Made by a program: the position numbers and the translations under genes. A stretch of 64,000 nucleotides of DNA. Origin: Phoronis australis. Lineage: Eukaryota; Animalia; Phoronida. Below, piece by piece: positions 54,269-64,000 of the stretch (position 1 is the first letter of the stretch; each line of letters begins with the position of its first letter). A model generated the notes under the pieces. It saw only the letters and a list, made by a program, of their open reading frames with translations, did not search any database and was not told the DNA's origin. The stretch spans positions 761,092-825,091 of the forward strand of contig NMRA01000068.1 of NCBI GenBank assembly GCA_002633005.1, in the 5' to 3' direction.

Positions 54269-54356
54269 ATGGCGGACTTAGTAAAACAGGCATTGCTTCT
54301 TGTTGCACCTCAGCCTTGTTTTGACGAGTTTTTTGTGAATTTCAACTTCTTTGATG
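54269..54356 (+). CDS. MPDU1: Mannose-P-dolichol utilization defect 1 protein, exon 1
   Basis: acgATGGcg start; MADLVKQALLLVAPQPCFDEFFVNFNFFD(V) matches the MPDU1 P..C(Y/F)D..F N-terminus; phase-1 GTACGT donor at 54357. Confidence 0.9.
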
Positions 54357-54659
54357 GTACGTTGCTGCCTTTTGGTGATTGTGAATTCCAGGCTTCTAAA
54401 TCATTTGAACTTTAAGATTTCTTTAATTATTGTATTTAGCTTTAAAAATTGGCCACATTTTGTTTGAATCAGAACGTTGTAATGGTCAACATCATTCGTC
54501 CTTGATCTTTCTGTCGTATGTTTTTTCAGTGTTATTTCTTATCTTATTTATACTGCTAGCGGGAGATTGCTGGCACAGTGCCACTGTGGAAGCCTTTCTG
54601 CGTGCATTCAGGCCATTGGGGATGAGCTAGATAGAAGGTGATCACAGTGTTCTCCACAA

Positions 54660-55910
54660 TACCAATTCCAAACTCCACGTAAATTTCTAGGGTTCAGTAT
54701 CAGTAGTGAACACTATAGTGTTGACTTGCATCTCCGCTGGAGGTATTTATATATGTTTCAAAAATATACATTGAACTGGTCAGGTGTGACCTACTTTTTA
54801 ACACTTTGTAGGGCCTACACGTGAAAACTGCGAATCGTACTTGAAGTGCCCATTCAGCTGATGACTGTCTCACGAAAAAAAACTTGTTGTTAAAAACATG
54901 TGGCCAGGAAGCGCGCACTACATACTTGACATCGCAGACATTAGTCTTCGGGAACTATCGATGAAACTACGCCGGGTAGGAAAAGCATATCGGCAAGAAA
55001 TAAATGTTGGGCACTAATTTCAGAAAGTTTCTAATGCCCTAAAAACTGTTGCTTTGTTTTTAAGAGAGATTGCTTTATTATCACTTTTTCAATGTATTCA
55101 TAATTGGTGTTTTTAAAGTAAATACCTGATAAAAGCCCCACTGATAGTGGATACCTCTGCCCCCGAATCTCCCGGAAAATAACTCAGACTATCACACATC
55201 CAGTCACCCGCCGACTCAACGACATTCGGCCTCAGGGCTCAGGCCCAACCTATACAATTCTCGCACGTTTTAATAGTAGATGTGATCAGCAAGTGCTAAA
55301 TTAAACGCATTCTCGTGATACTGCTTGTGTTATTTCTGAAGTTACAATGCTCACCTCCGGCAAATGAACGCTGATGACACGCACACGCTCGCTCACTCAC
55401 ACACGCAGACGATCTTCAAACAAAGGTCACATGACTACGACGTGTGTTCGTCCAGAGATTTTTCTCATGTTGCTGGATACGATCTTGCGCAGATTTGAAC
55501 CTGTCTTGTTCATAATACCGACTCCACAGGAACTTAAAATCTTAGGGACGCTATTTGGAAAACTTAAGTGAGGATTTCAGGTAATTTGTTGAGTCAAAAC
55601 TATATTTTTATCCAAGCTGTCCTGTCGAAGATTGCTAAGCAGCGGCGCATCGGCAAGTTTTCGCCCTGGGATTTCAGCACAATTTTCTGTAGAATGATCG
55701 TAATTTAACAACGAAGTTTGATAGCAAAGCGCCACAGTTTTGTTGAAAGCCTGTCACAGGCTACAGATACATCACATAGTGTAAATTTGATGAATCCTAG
55801 CTTCCGATTTCACCCGTTTCGGAGACCGGGTATCAACCGCCTTGGGCTACAATAAACGCTTCCCCTCCCCCAAAAAAAACGAATTTTACTGAGCACCCCA
55901 GGCGCTGTTT
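54660..55910 (+). mobile_element. Second near-complete copy of the pogo-HIRAN element, in MPDU1 intron 1
   Basis: Reverse-collinear with 19560-20780. HIRAN N-terminal relic on the minus strand (~54670-54880, STIRSFHV); transposase tail relic SAPESPGK* on the plus strand ending at 55182. Confidence 0.75.
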
Positions 55911-57079
55911 AACTATCTCTTACTAAAGTGAACTATATGTTTCCTGTTGGTAAAAACAGGCTCTAAGTAGATGCTGAGGGCTGAAGTACCAAGTCAGCCA
56001 AGGTTTTAAACCTGGCGCGGCAATTTTTAAACTTGACGCGCTTTCCCAAAGCTCGATGCGGCAAAATCCAAACTCGTTACTGCGTGAAGTCAAAACAAGT
56101 CGTGGAGAACACTGGATCACTGTCTCGACTCTAGTAGGCTGGCCAGCATTATAGAGACAATGACCACCGCTTTTAGCTGGCTAGAGATGGTGAAGCCCCG
56201 GAAGCTTTTTGACAAATTATGCCTCACAAAACACTCTGTTATAAGCACCTGTTGTGCATAAAGGAACGCATTAGGAGGTCGTGGATGTCTGTAACTCCTT
56301 TCAACTCAGACAAATAGTCCTGTTATCTCACTTTTCATTCGAGCAGTCCATTGTTCAGTTCCCAAAATTGGAAACTCGCCATTTTTTCACAGCACATGCC
56401 AAGGGATATGATGTCATACCACCTGCGCCGCGAATGAAGCCTTCAAAAATCAATCTAGAGTATGGCCATTTTTGCTCAAAATGCTTTAAAAAGCCGATAA
56501 TTAAAAAACTAAGACCTGTTTCAAAAATCTGAGAGGTGGTTCCCTTGCAAATGCCATTATAAACATGTTGACAAATGGAGTTTGTGTTATAAAATGGTTA
56601 ATTCAGCTGTATACTGTCAGTAACCAACAACATCAAAGATGATTATTTGTTTAATTTTGTTTAGCTTCGGTGTTTGGTAAGGGGAATTTTCGACACGGGC
56701 AGTGAGATGATGTCTCAATTACTCGCTGCCCGCAGGACAATATTTTAAGGGGCTATAAACAATATTCCATCACAGAAACCAATTATCTTTGATCAAAGAT
56801 GACTTACCGTTATGGAACTGGTCTCAACGTGTTCTTTAGTCAAATTTAAGGTGTTTTCAGGACTTGGAAAGAACTGACAGTTGGTTAATACTTGAGACCA
56901 GTGTCTACAAGTTGACTCATTAAGGAGTGTAATTTCAATGTTCTTTGCAAAACCAGGACTCTATCCCCAGGTGTTCAGTGGACAAGTTGAGACCAATTTG
57001 ACGGCAGTTTTTTGGGCGGGACCTCGGTTTATAAGTACTTTAAAACCATCGTTTTGATGTTGCGTATTTCTTGTTTCAG

Positions 57080-57145
57080 TTCCTTGTCTCAAGGTTGCTA
57101 TTAGCAAATGTCTAGGATATGCCATTATACTGGGTTCTATTTTAG
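57080..57145 (+). CDS. MPDU1: MPDU1 exon 2 (66 nt)
   Basis: tttcAG acceptor and GTAGGT donor; (V)PCLKVAISKCLGYAIILGSIL(V) matches MPDU1 VPCLK..SK.LG..I..GS. Confidence 0.93.
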
Positions 57146-57277
57146 GTAGGTATGAGTGCTTGGACTTCATGTTTGTTTTCATTTGCTTGTTTTCTGTATT
57201 CTACCTTCTGTTGTAAAATGTTAGACTAGTTTTACACAACTTCTAAGAGTTTGCTGAGAAGCAGCTAATTATCTTAT

Positions 57278-57592
57278 TGCATCGCCTATGACCACCATTT
57301 ACCTGGTTATGAGCCACTTTTTTGTATCGCCTATGATCACCATTAACTTGGTTTGAGCTACATTGCATCGCCTTTGACCACCATTTACCTGGTTATGAGC
57401 CAAAGTCAGTTTGTATCCCCTATGACCATCATTAATCTGGTTATGAGCCATAATGTTTGTATCGTCTATGGGCATCATTTACCTGGTTATGAGCCATAGT
57501 GTTTGTATCGCCTATAGCCATCACTTACCTGGTTATGAGTCATAGTGTTTATATCGCCTATGACTACCATTTACTTGGTTATGAGCCACAAA
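57278..57592. repeat. Minisatellite, 7 x ~41-48 bp (consensus tgtatcgcctatgaccaccatttacctggttatgagccatagtgtt)
   Basis: Seven head-to-tail units in MPDU1 intron 2. Confidence 0.9.
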
Positions 57593-57964
57593 TTACATGT
57601 CACAGACAGGGTCATAGATGATAAGCGGCAGCACTAATTGTCTCGCCATACTTCCATCCTGACAGCAGGAGACGCAAACTTCCAATACTGATGTTGCCCG
57701 TTAGCTGTTGGTTTTTCAATCGCCTCTGTATGCCCCTGGACCAGCTTAAGGCACTGATCACAAATGAAATTCAAGAGCTCAGGACGTGGGTCCCATCGCT
57801 TTAGTTAGACATTCTTAGCTTGATGTTGACGGTGGATATTACAGAGCCGCAGTGGTAGTAGACTTGGTGCATCCTATGATGACATGGAGACCTATATTTT
57901 GTAGTCTTTGTAACCTGTTTACTTGGTTCAGGCTCATGTTGATCATAGGTTGAGCATAATTGAA

Positions 57965-58540
57965 AAAACCAGGACAATGATGATGAAAATTCCATGAAAC
58001 ATCACGCCTTTAACACCAATGACAATACCGAAGATGACAATGACACTGACAAAGATGCTTCAACAAGGATGCCAGTGACAATGACCGAGTTGACAGTGAT
58101 GACAATGCCACAGCAGACAATGACAGTGACCTGACAGCAACCTGACAATAACACCAATAGCGATAATACTGTTAATGTTAATACTGCAGCAAACAATGTT
58201 AATACTGCAGCAAATCTGATGATATTGATGCTACTAAGGACAAGAACAATTCTGACGTGCTCAGAGAGCCACCAGCGACAATGACAACACTGCCGATGAT
58301 ACTGATCAACGATGAAGACCGATGGCAGTAACAATGCCAACGATGCAATTGACACTGAGGCTGTGGCACTACTGCTGAGAGTGATGGTGTTAACAATAAC
58401 ATTGCCAATGTTAATGGCGACATTGACTAGCTGGCTATGTCCATGACGCCGACAACAAAAGCTGACAGTGACTGACTTCAAGGACTACTATGCTAATTAT
58501 GATGATGACCACAACATAGCCGACTACACTGTTGCCAATA
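57965..58540. repeat. Degenerate GAC/GAT/AAT/AAC-rich low-complexity tract
   Basis: Recurrent gacaatgac/gatgac motifs; 18-bp exact duplication at 58176-58213. Confidence 0.7.
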
Positions 58541-59037
58541 ACAATGTCCTTTTTGATGCGGACTGCTTAGATAGACACTGGTTTTACACAACATATTGTG
58601 AGCTATGATGGTCTTACCTGTAACTGTGCATAAGGCCTTTAATAAAACTGACCCCAAGTTTTTATCATTTTTGTTGTGGGTAGTGAGTGAAAAGGAAAGT
58701 CCATTTAACATTAAAAAAGCCACAATTTTGCATTCCCTCTTGTCAGGTGACTGACCTCAACTGGTGATAAAGTTTTCAACTCACTTTGGTTTTGTCCAAG
58801 GTTACTTTATAATTGTGCCTTTTAATATGCCCAGCTGACTGACAAGTTTAAATTACGTTTAATTTCTTTCTTTAGCATGTCATCCTTTGTGCTATGGTTC
58901 ACAGAATTGTCTGGTAGAGTATGAAGTTTAATTCAGTTCAGTGTGGGTTGAGTTTGTTTTGCTCATCTTTATTAACTTAGAAAAAACTCTAGCATAGGTG
59001 TTACTGTATGTGATTCATTAGTATTTTTTGTTTCCAG

Positions 59038-59170
59038 TCAAGCTACCACAGGTGATCAAGCTGTTACGGTCCAAGAGTTCTGCAGGTCTCAGTTTCTCTT
59101 CACTCATCCTAGAGCTGCTTGCTATCACCATTAGCTTGACCTACTCCTACCAGATGTCATTCCCTTTCAG
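59038..59170 (+). CDS. MPDU1: MPDU1 exon 3 (133 nt), first PQ-loop motif
   Basis: ttccAG acceptor and GTTGGT donor; VKLPQVIKLLRSKSSAGLSFSSLILELLAITISLTYSYQMSFPF(S). Confidence 0.94.
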
Positions 59171-59299
59171 GTTGGTGTGCTCTCATTTTTGTCTTCAGTT
59201 CTTGATATCAGATGAAGGTTCTGGTGGATATTATGACCAATATTAAGGATTTTAAGTCATTTTGTAAGTGACTGGTTAGATAATTTGTGAATACTTTAA

Positions 59300-60979
59300 A
59301 GGAGCATGCCACCCAAAAAAAACAACCTAATTTGTATCAATTTAGATCGAGTAGTTCTACTCCATAACGACATGTACGGTTGCGTTACTTGACGGCAGAC
59401 GGAGGTGTTGAAATTATCCAATGACGTCATCGGTTTCACATGCAGTCTGTTCAGCAGTTCACAACACGGATTACTGGTGTCAGCTTATCGCTTGAAGTCA
59501 TCGTTTAACACCAATAAATCATCAAACTTCTATGTAAAACCCTTAAAAATACACCGACTTCTTATAAAAACGTGTTGTTTTATTTCGCTTTTACGAATTT
59601 ATTGGTATTTGGACACACCGTAGCCTACAAAGTTCGGCAGGCCAATAAGGTCTGTAGCAGGAATTTGTGGTCTGTTCGGAGATAATTTCGAAGTATTTTC
59701 TGTGAGATAGAGACAAGAGAACCTAGATCTGTGTTGTTTAGACTTGTGATTTTTTGAGTTCTAAACACAAAACGCTTGTTATCCTGGCCAGTGGCTTGGA
59801 GCCCGATCAGGCCCGTCGCAGCCGGCCGGATTGACTCGTAGTCATAATCCGGACCAGTGGCTCGGAAACTGATCTGACATCACAAACATAAAGCAGCCAA
59901 GTTTCAGTGGAAACTAAACTTCCAGTCAAGAAAATACTATACTAGTGAGCCAAAGTAATGTGCACGTGATTATGTTGGTGATTTGGCCACAAAACTGCAA
60001 ATCTACTTACTCGTCGGGGGCCGTGAATTCAGGTTCCGCTTTGGCCACATCACCGTCAGGGCAGAAGTTGTACATTGACAATCATTATTTGAGTAATGTA
60101 AATGTAAATAAAGATTCCCCTAACACCTGGCCGTGGGATGGAAATCGAGTTGTCTCACAACAGTTTCTGCCAGCAAACACTATATTAGCATGAGCTCATG
60201 GCCTCAGTGTCCCCGGCGTCAATTAGTTTTATTGCATCTAAAGCCGCTAACGCTGTGATTTATTCATTGCTGGCTTCTCAAATCATTTGCACTCACGAAC
60301 ACTCCAAAGGCATTACAAATTGCATCTAATGAGACAGGCTTTGTTTCAGTTTTATATAAGTATTGGTTAGTTTAGAATAATTCATTTTGAAACAGAACGC
60401 TCAATTAACGCCAACATGGCAACTCGCAATCCCGACTTAGACGAGCTAGAGCTCATCAGCCCCGACTTCGCAGGTGGATCATTAAGTTTTACAGGCTATC
60501 AATTCGAACAGGAATACAGTGATGAAGAAATACTAGAGAGGCGCCGTGAACAAGCTCAGACAACGGAACGTATGGACGGTTATTTGGTAAGCTGACTTTC
60601 GTCAGGCACTGTCGATGTCTGCAGGCTACAGACATGGAGATGTTTCATGGCCTCATACTTGCTGTTTATAGCGTACATTTCATTCTTCACTACCATGAGC
60701 CACTTCCTAAGCATTTCGGACTCTCGAGGAAGTAAAAAAAAAAACAATTACCCGCTTTCCTCGCAGCTGCTTAGTTCGGACAAGCGGGAACGATGCACCG
60801 CAACATAGCGGCATTCACTTTGCATATGAACCACTGACGTTGCTAGCGTCGTTCTCACCTTCCTCACAGGTTTAATGGGACACCTCTTGGCAAGGTAAGG
60901 TCGACTGTATGCGAGGCGATGTGGATATAGACCGATTAAGACGGCAAAAAAGACTAATTAAATCAGGTGGCATTCTCCT
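59300..60979 (+). mobile_element. Kolobok-type non-autonomous DNA transposon in MPDU1 intron 3
   Basis: TTAA TSD on both sides (59296-59299, 60980-60983); TIRs AGGAGCATGCCACC and GGTGGCATTCTCCT; internal KolX-like relic. Confidence 0.85.
60416..60830 (+). pseudogene. KolX / P2X7-C-terminal-like accessory gene relic of the Kolobok element
   Basis: MATRNPDLDELEL...FTGYQFEQEYSDEEILERRREQAQTTERMDGY followed by a GTAAGC donor-like site (resembles PY.FEP.Y..EE...R...W). Downstream relic RFPRSCLVRTSGNDAPQHSGIH resembles R..PSC.V..IR..FP...Y.GF. Confidence 0.55.
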
Positions 60980-62697
60980 TTAAACAATTATGGAAAACTG
61001 AGTTGTTTCATGGTTTTGTTTACGAGTTGTATCATGTCCACTTCCTAGTTTTGATGCTTACCCCACTAGAGGGCACTTTCGGGAATCCCGAGTGTTGAAA
61101 TCACGACATGCACAACCCTGTGATTCCTGTTCACAACTCTGTCATGAAGTCATCAAAGGTGAAAATGGGGTGAAACTGGTAAAGTTAAGCTGACTTTATG
61201 CGATTTGTCTAGATGAAAGGTTTCCATGAGTACTAGCCGTTTTTGCAAGGCTTGCTGGGAACAAAGTTGGTACCTGAAATACCAACGGTATGTTTATTTT
61301 GTGACAAAACAAGTGAAGAATTTGAATGGGCGTGCGATTTAAAAACTTTGTGGACCGCCTTAGAGCGAGCGACTTAGTTGCCGAAGGGAAAGTTGAATCG
61401 GCACTCGCTAACCGACACGTGTATTTGAGTAGCTTAGTATGCAACTTGATGTAGGAATATAGGAGAAAATACATGTTGGAAAAATACCCGCGATTGTCCT
61501 AGGGCTGAACTGCTATACGATTGTCAGCACATTTGTCAAAGATAGATAACTCTTCAGTGCAACAAACTACTTCATTTAGTTGAGTACAGTCTTTAACCTG
61601 AATGTTTGTGGTAATAAAGAATTGGAAGATTACAATGGTAAGAAATATTATTTTCACAAGATTCTGTAGGGCAAACTCCGCGTATACGCGTGACTGCGTT
61701 GGTGGATATCCTTATCACCTGCCCCTTTTAGGCACTCAGAATAATTATGTTTCCAATAGGCCCGCTTCAGCCGGAACAATTTTGTTTCCAGTTGAGGCTC
61801 TAAAATCTACGACATGGTTGACTGACAAATAGCTGCGCTGGTCGTCTGGCGACAGAGTAGGCCTGGTGACATCAGGCCTGCTGGTACTAGACACTGGTAT
61901 GAATACTTGTTCATGAATTTGTCGCTCAGTTCGTTCAGTGTACCTGATTCTGATCACTGTATTTATCAAACTTTTGATATCACTGATTTCTGGTCTCGGC
62001 CCAATTGGATATGTGCAGTGAAAGATTATTTGGATCCATGTTGCCACAGCAAAGGGCTTGGAAATTTGGCACTGCTATATTGTCAGTAGATTTGTAAACT
62101 GCACGAAAAGAAGGTAACTATATAACATGGAAAGACTCATTGGCAGCCCTTGGACTATGCCTGCCAGAATAACAGCAGCATTGAAAGTTGATTCTTTCAG
62201 AAGCGAGAACCGTTAAAAGCACTTTAACTTCTTGGTTTATAGGTTAGGATTTTATGTGCGCAAACTAATTTGCACCTGATAGGTTGTTTCAGTACTCAAA
62301 CATCTCACAGACATTATGTAGTCCATGTTTTGGTCTCACCTGTTGCAATAAGCATTAGTATAACAAAGAAAAGATGTAGACACTGCAATGGTGTATTTTA
62401 TAAACAAAAGTGCGAAAGACTGTCAAATAACTTCAAAATGGCTGAAAAGTTTCAAATATTTTAGTAAAAATCTACATTGTTATACATTAAAACATCTGGC
62501 ACGAGCCTGGACTCATTTTTTGTATGGGGCTTATGCTTTTGTGGTCAGCCACCCATTCTCTGAAGTCAGTGTATTGATACATTTTGATAGTAATTTGGAT
62601 TTGACATCCGAGGAAAAGTGATCCAAAGTTCACCAATGGGATTTCTTCCTGATGCTTGCCATTGTCATGTGAATTCTTACCATGTCTATCATTACAG

Positions 62698-62902
62698 TGC
62701 CTATGGTGAGAGCATTTTCCTGGCTATACAGAGTGTGCTGATCATGTACCTGGTACTGGTGTACCGTGACCACCTGGCGGGGGCCGTAGCGCTAATAGCT
62801 ACCTACCTAACGGTTCTGGCCTTCCTCACCTCTCCTTATGCTCCAATGGAGCTTCTGGCTGCGATGTCTGCTGGTAACATATTCATTGTTCTGGCCAGTC
62901 GG
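62698..62902 (+). CDS. MPDU1: MPDU1 exon 4 (205 nt)
   Basis: ttacAG acceptor and GTGAGT donor; (S)AYGESIFLAIQSVLIMYLVLVYR...GNIFIVLASR transmembrane segments; phase consistent with exons 3 and 5. Confidence 0.93.
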
Positions 62903-63147
62903 GTGAGTGCGCAGCCCATTCTAGTTCCTTGTAATCTTCTGCAATTTTCTGATATTTTAAACATCCACTATTATCTGTGACCAATGTTAGAAAACTTTTT
63001 TTCTGTGTATTGATTATAGTTCTTTTTTTTCACATTAATTTTAAGAATGGCGAAAAAATTAGTTGGGATGGAAGGACTTTTAAGTGTGTTAAATTTTGTG
63101 GCTGTGCCAAATACAATAGTAGTTGCAGTATTTCTGTTCTATTGCAG

Positions 63148-63372
63148 GCACTGCAAATTATGGATAACTTGAAAAACAAGAGTACTGGACAGTTGTCGGT
63201 CATTACATGGTTTCTTCTGGTCGCTGGTGCAGCTGCCCGTATTTTCACTTCTATTCAAGAAACTGGTGATGTACTGGTCATTGTTACTTATGTCGTTAAC
63301 ACTGCGTGTAACGCATTAGTGTTTTTCCAAATTCTATATTACGGAGAAGGCAAGCGAACAAAGGCTGAGTGA
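63148..63372 (+). CDS. MPDU1: MPDU1 exon 5 (terminal coding exon)
   Basis: ttgcAG acceptor; ALQIMDNLKNKSTGQLSVITWFLLVAGAAARIFTSIQETGD...CNALVFFQILYYGEGKRTKAE* contains the TGQLS and ARIFTSIQETGD signatures. Total CDS 717 nt = 238 aa. Confidence 0.95.
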   Translation, partial: ALQIMDNLKNKSTGQLSVITWFLLVAGAAARIFTSIQETGDVLVIVTYVVNTACNALVFFQILYYGEGKRTKAE

Positions 63373-63740
63373 AGTGTTGGGTGACAGTTGCGAATTTGTG
63401 TCACAGTTGAGTGGATGATTTATTTTCGGGGGTGTTTCTGACTGTTTTGATTCACAGTCATTAGTAAGTGTCGGTCAGTACCAATCCAGTCTCAGTTGGT
63501 GCTCTGTGTTATCCAAAAACATATTCATTTTATCACAACTTAATTTTAAAGCTGTTGCATTATTTACTTGCCATGTTTTACTAAAATGCACTCTTTTTAG
63601 TGGGAAATGTAAACAAGATCCTTCATAATTATGTTGGATATATCATGAAATGTTGTTATTAATGAAAACAGTAGGAATTGAGTGTGCTGTGTGCTGGGCA
63701 TGTCCACTCTTATATATAATTGAGACCAAGAATCTATGCA

Positions 63741-63746
63741 AATAAA
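63741..63746 (+). terminator. Candidate polyadenylation signal of MPDU1
   Basis: AATAAA ~370 nt after the stop codon, with GT-rich sequence downstream (63848-63870). Confidence 0.5.
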
Positions 63747-63950
63747 ACCTTTTATTGGAAAACATAATTCAAAGGCCTTACATTATTCACAGAAAAAAAC
63801 AGTGGTACTCCATGGTTGGAGATATGCTGCACTTACAGTGCATTAAGTGGTTTGTGTTTGTAGTGGTTTAATATTTCAAGCTTGTGCCAGTTTTTTGTTT
63901 ATGTCCCACGCTGCATAGGCTGTGTCAAGAAAAATTACATGCTTTTAAGA

Positions 63951-64000
63951 GGGAACGGTGTAGCTGAGTGGTTTGAGCACTGAACTTCTGTTGGGGATAC
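63951..64000 (+). mobile_element. 5' end of a tRNA-derived SINE (cut by window edge)
   Basis: A-box-like GTAGCTGAGTGGTT followed by tRNA-like sequence; B-box would lie beyond 64000. Confidence 0.5.

Noticed and set aside
57278-57592. CRISPR-like array
   Set aside because: Units are head-to-tail with no unique spacers, there are no cas genes, and the context is a eukaryotic intron.
58002-58481. 159-aa hydrophobic minus-strand ORF
   Set aside because: Antisense reading of a low-complexity GAC/AAT tract inside an MPDU1 intron; no family motifs.
1001-62621. Remaining 60-120 aa ORFs in the six-frame track
   Set aside because: No recognisable domains or consistent splice context; lengths are as expected by chance in intronic and intergenic DNA.

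Overview
Eukaryotic (AT-rich, TE-dense invertebrate-type) genomic DNA, with a few assembly N gaps; no prokaryotic systems or CRISPR. There are two spliced genes in divergent orientation. On the minus strand are the first three coding exons of a glypican (GPC4/6, dally-like type; 26636->14443, remainder presumably left of the window). On the plus strand is a complete five-exon MPDU1 gene (54269->63372, 238 aa). Introns and the ~27.6-kb spacer are filled with decayed mobile elements: a pogo transposase relic, HERO-type, Tx1/L1-type and possible L2-type LINE fragments, an Academ-like transposase relic, a TTAA-flanked Kolobok element with a KolX-like relic, tRNA-derived SINEs and many MITEs. The most notable items are: (i) a pogo-family element present in several copies that carries a stand-alone HIRAN-domain gene back-to-back with the transposase tail; (ii) a 4.9-kb nested insertion stack of 5-bp-TSD (hAT5-like) elements whose empty site is visible elsewhere in the window; (iii) a ~950-bp foldback palindrome. 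All family assignments are by eye from motif recall, not database searches.
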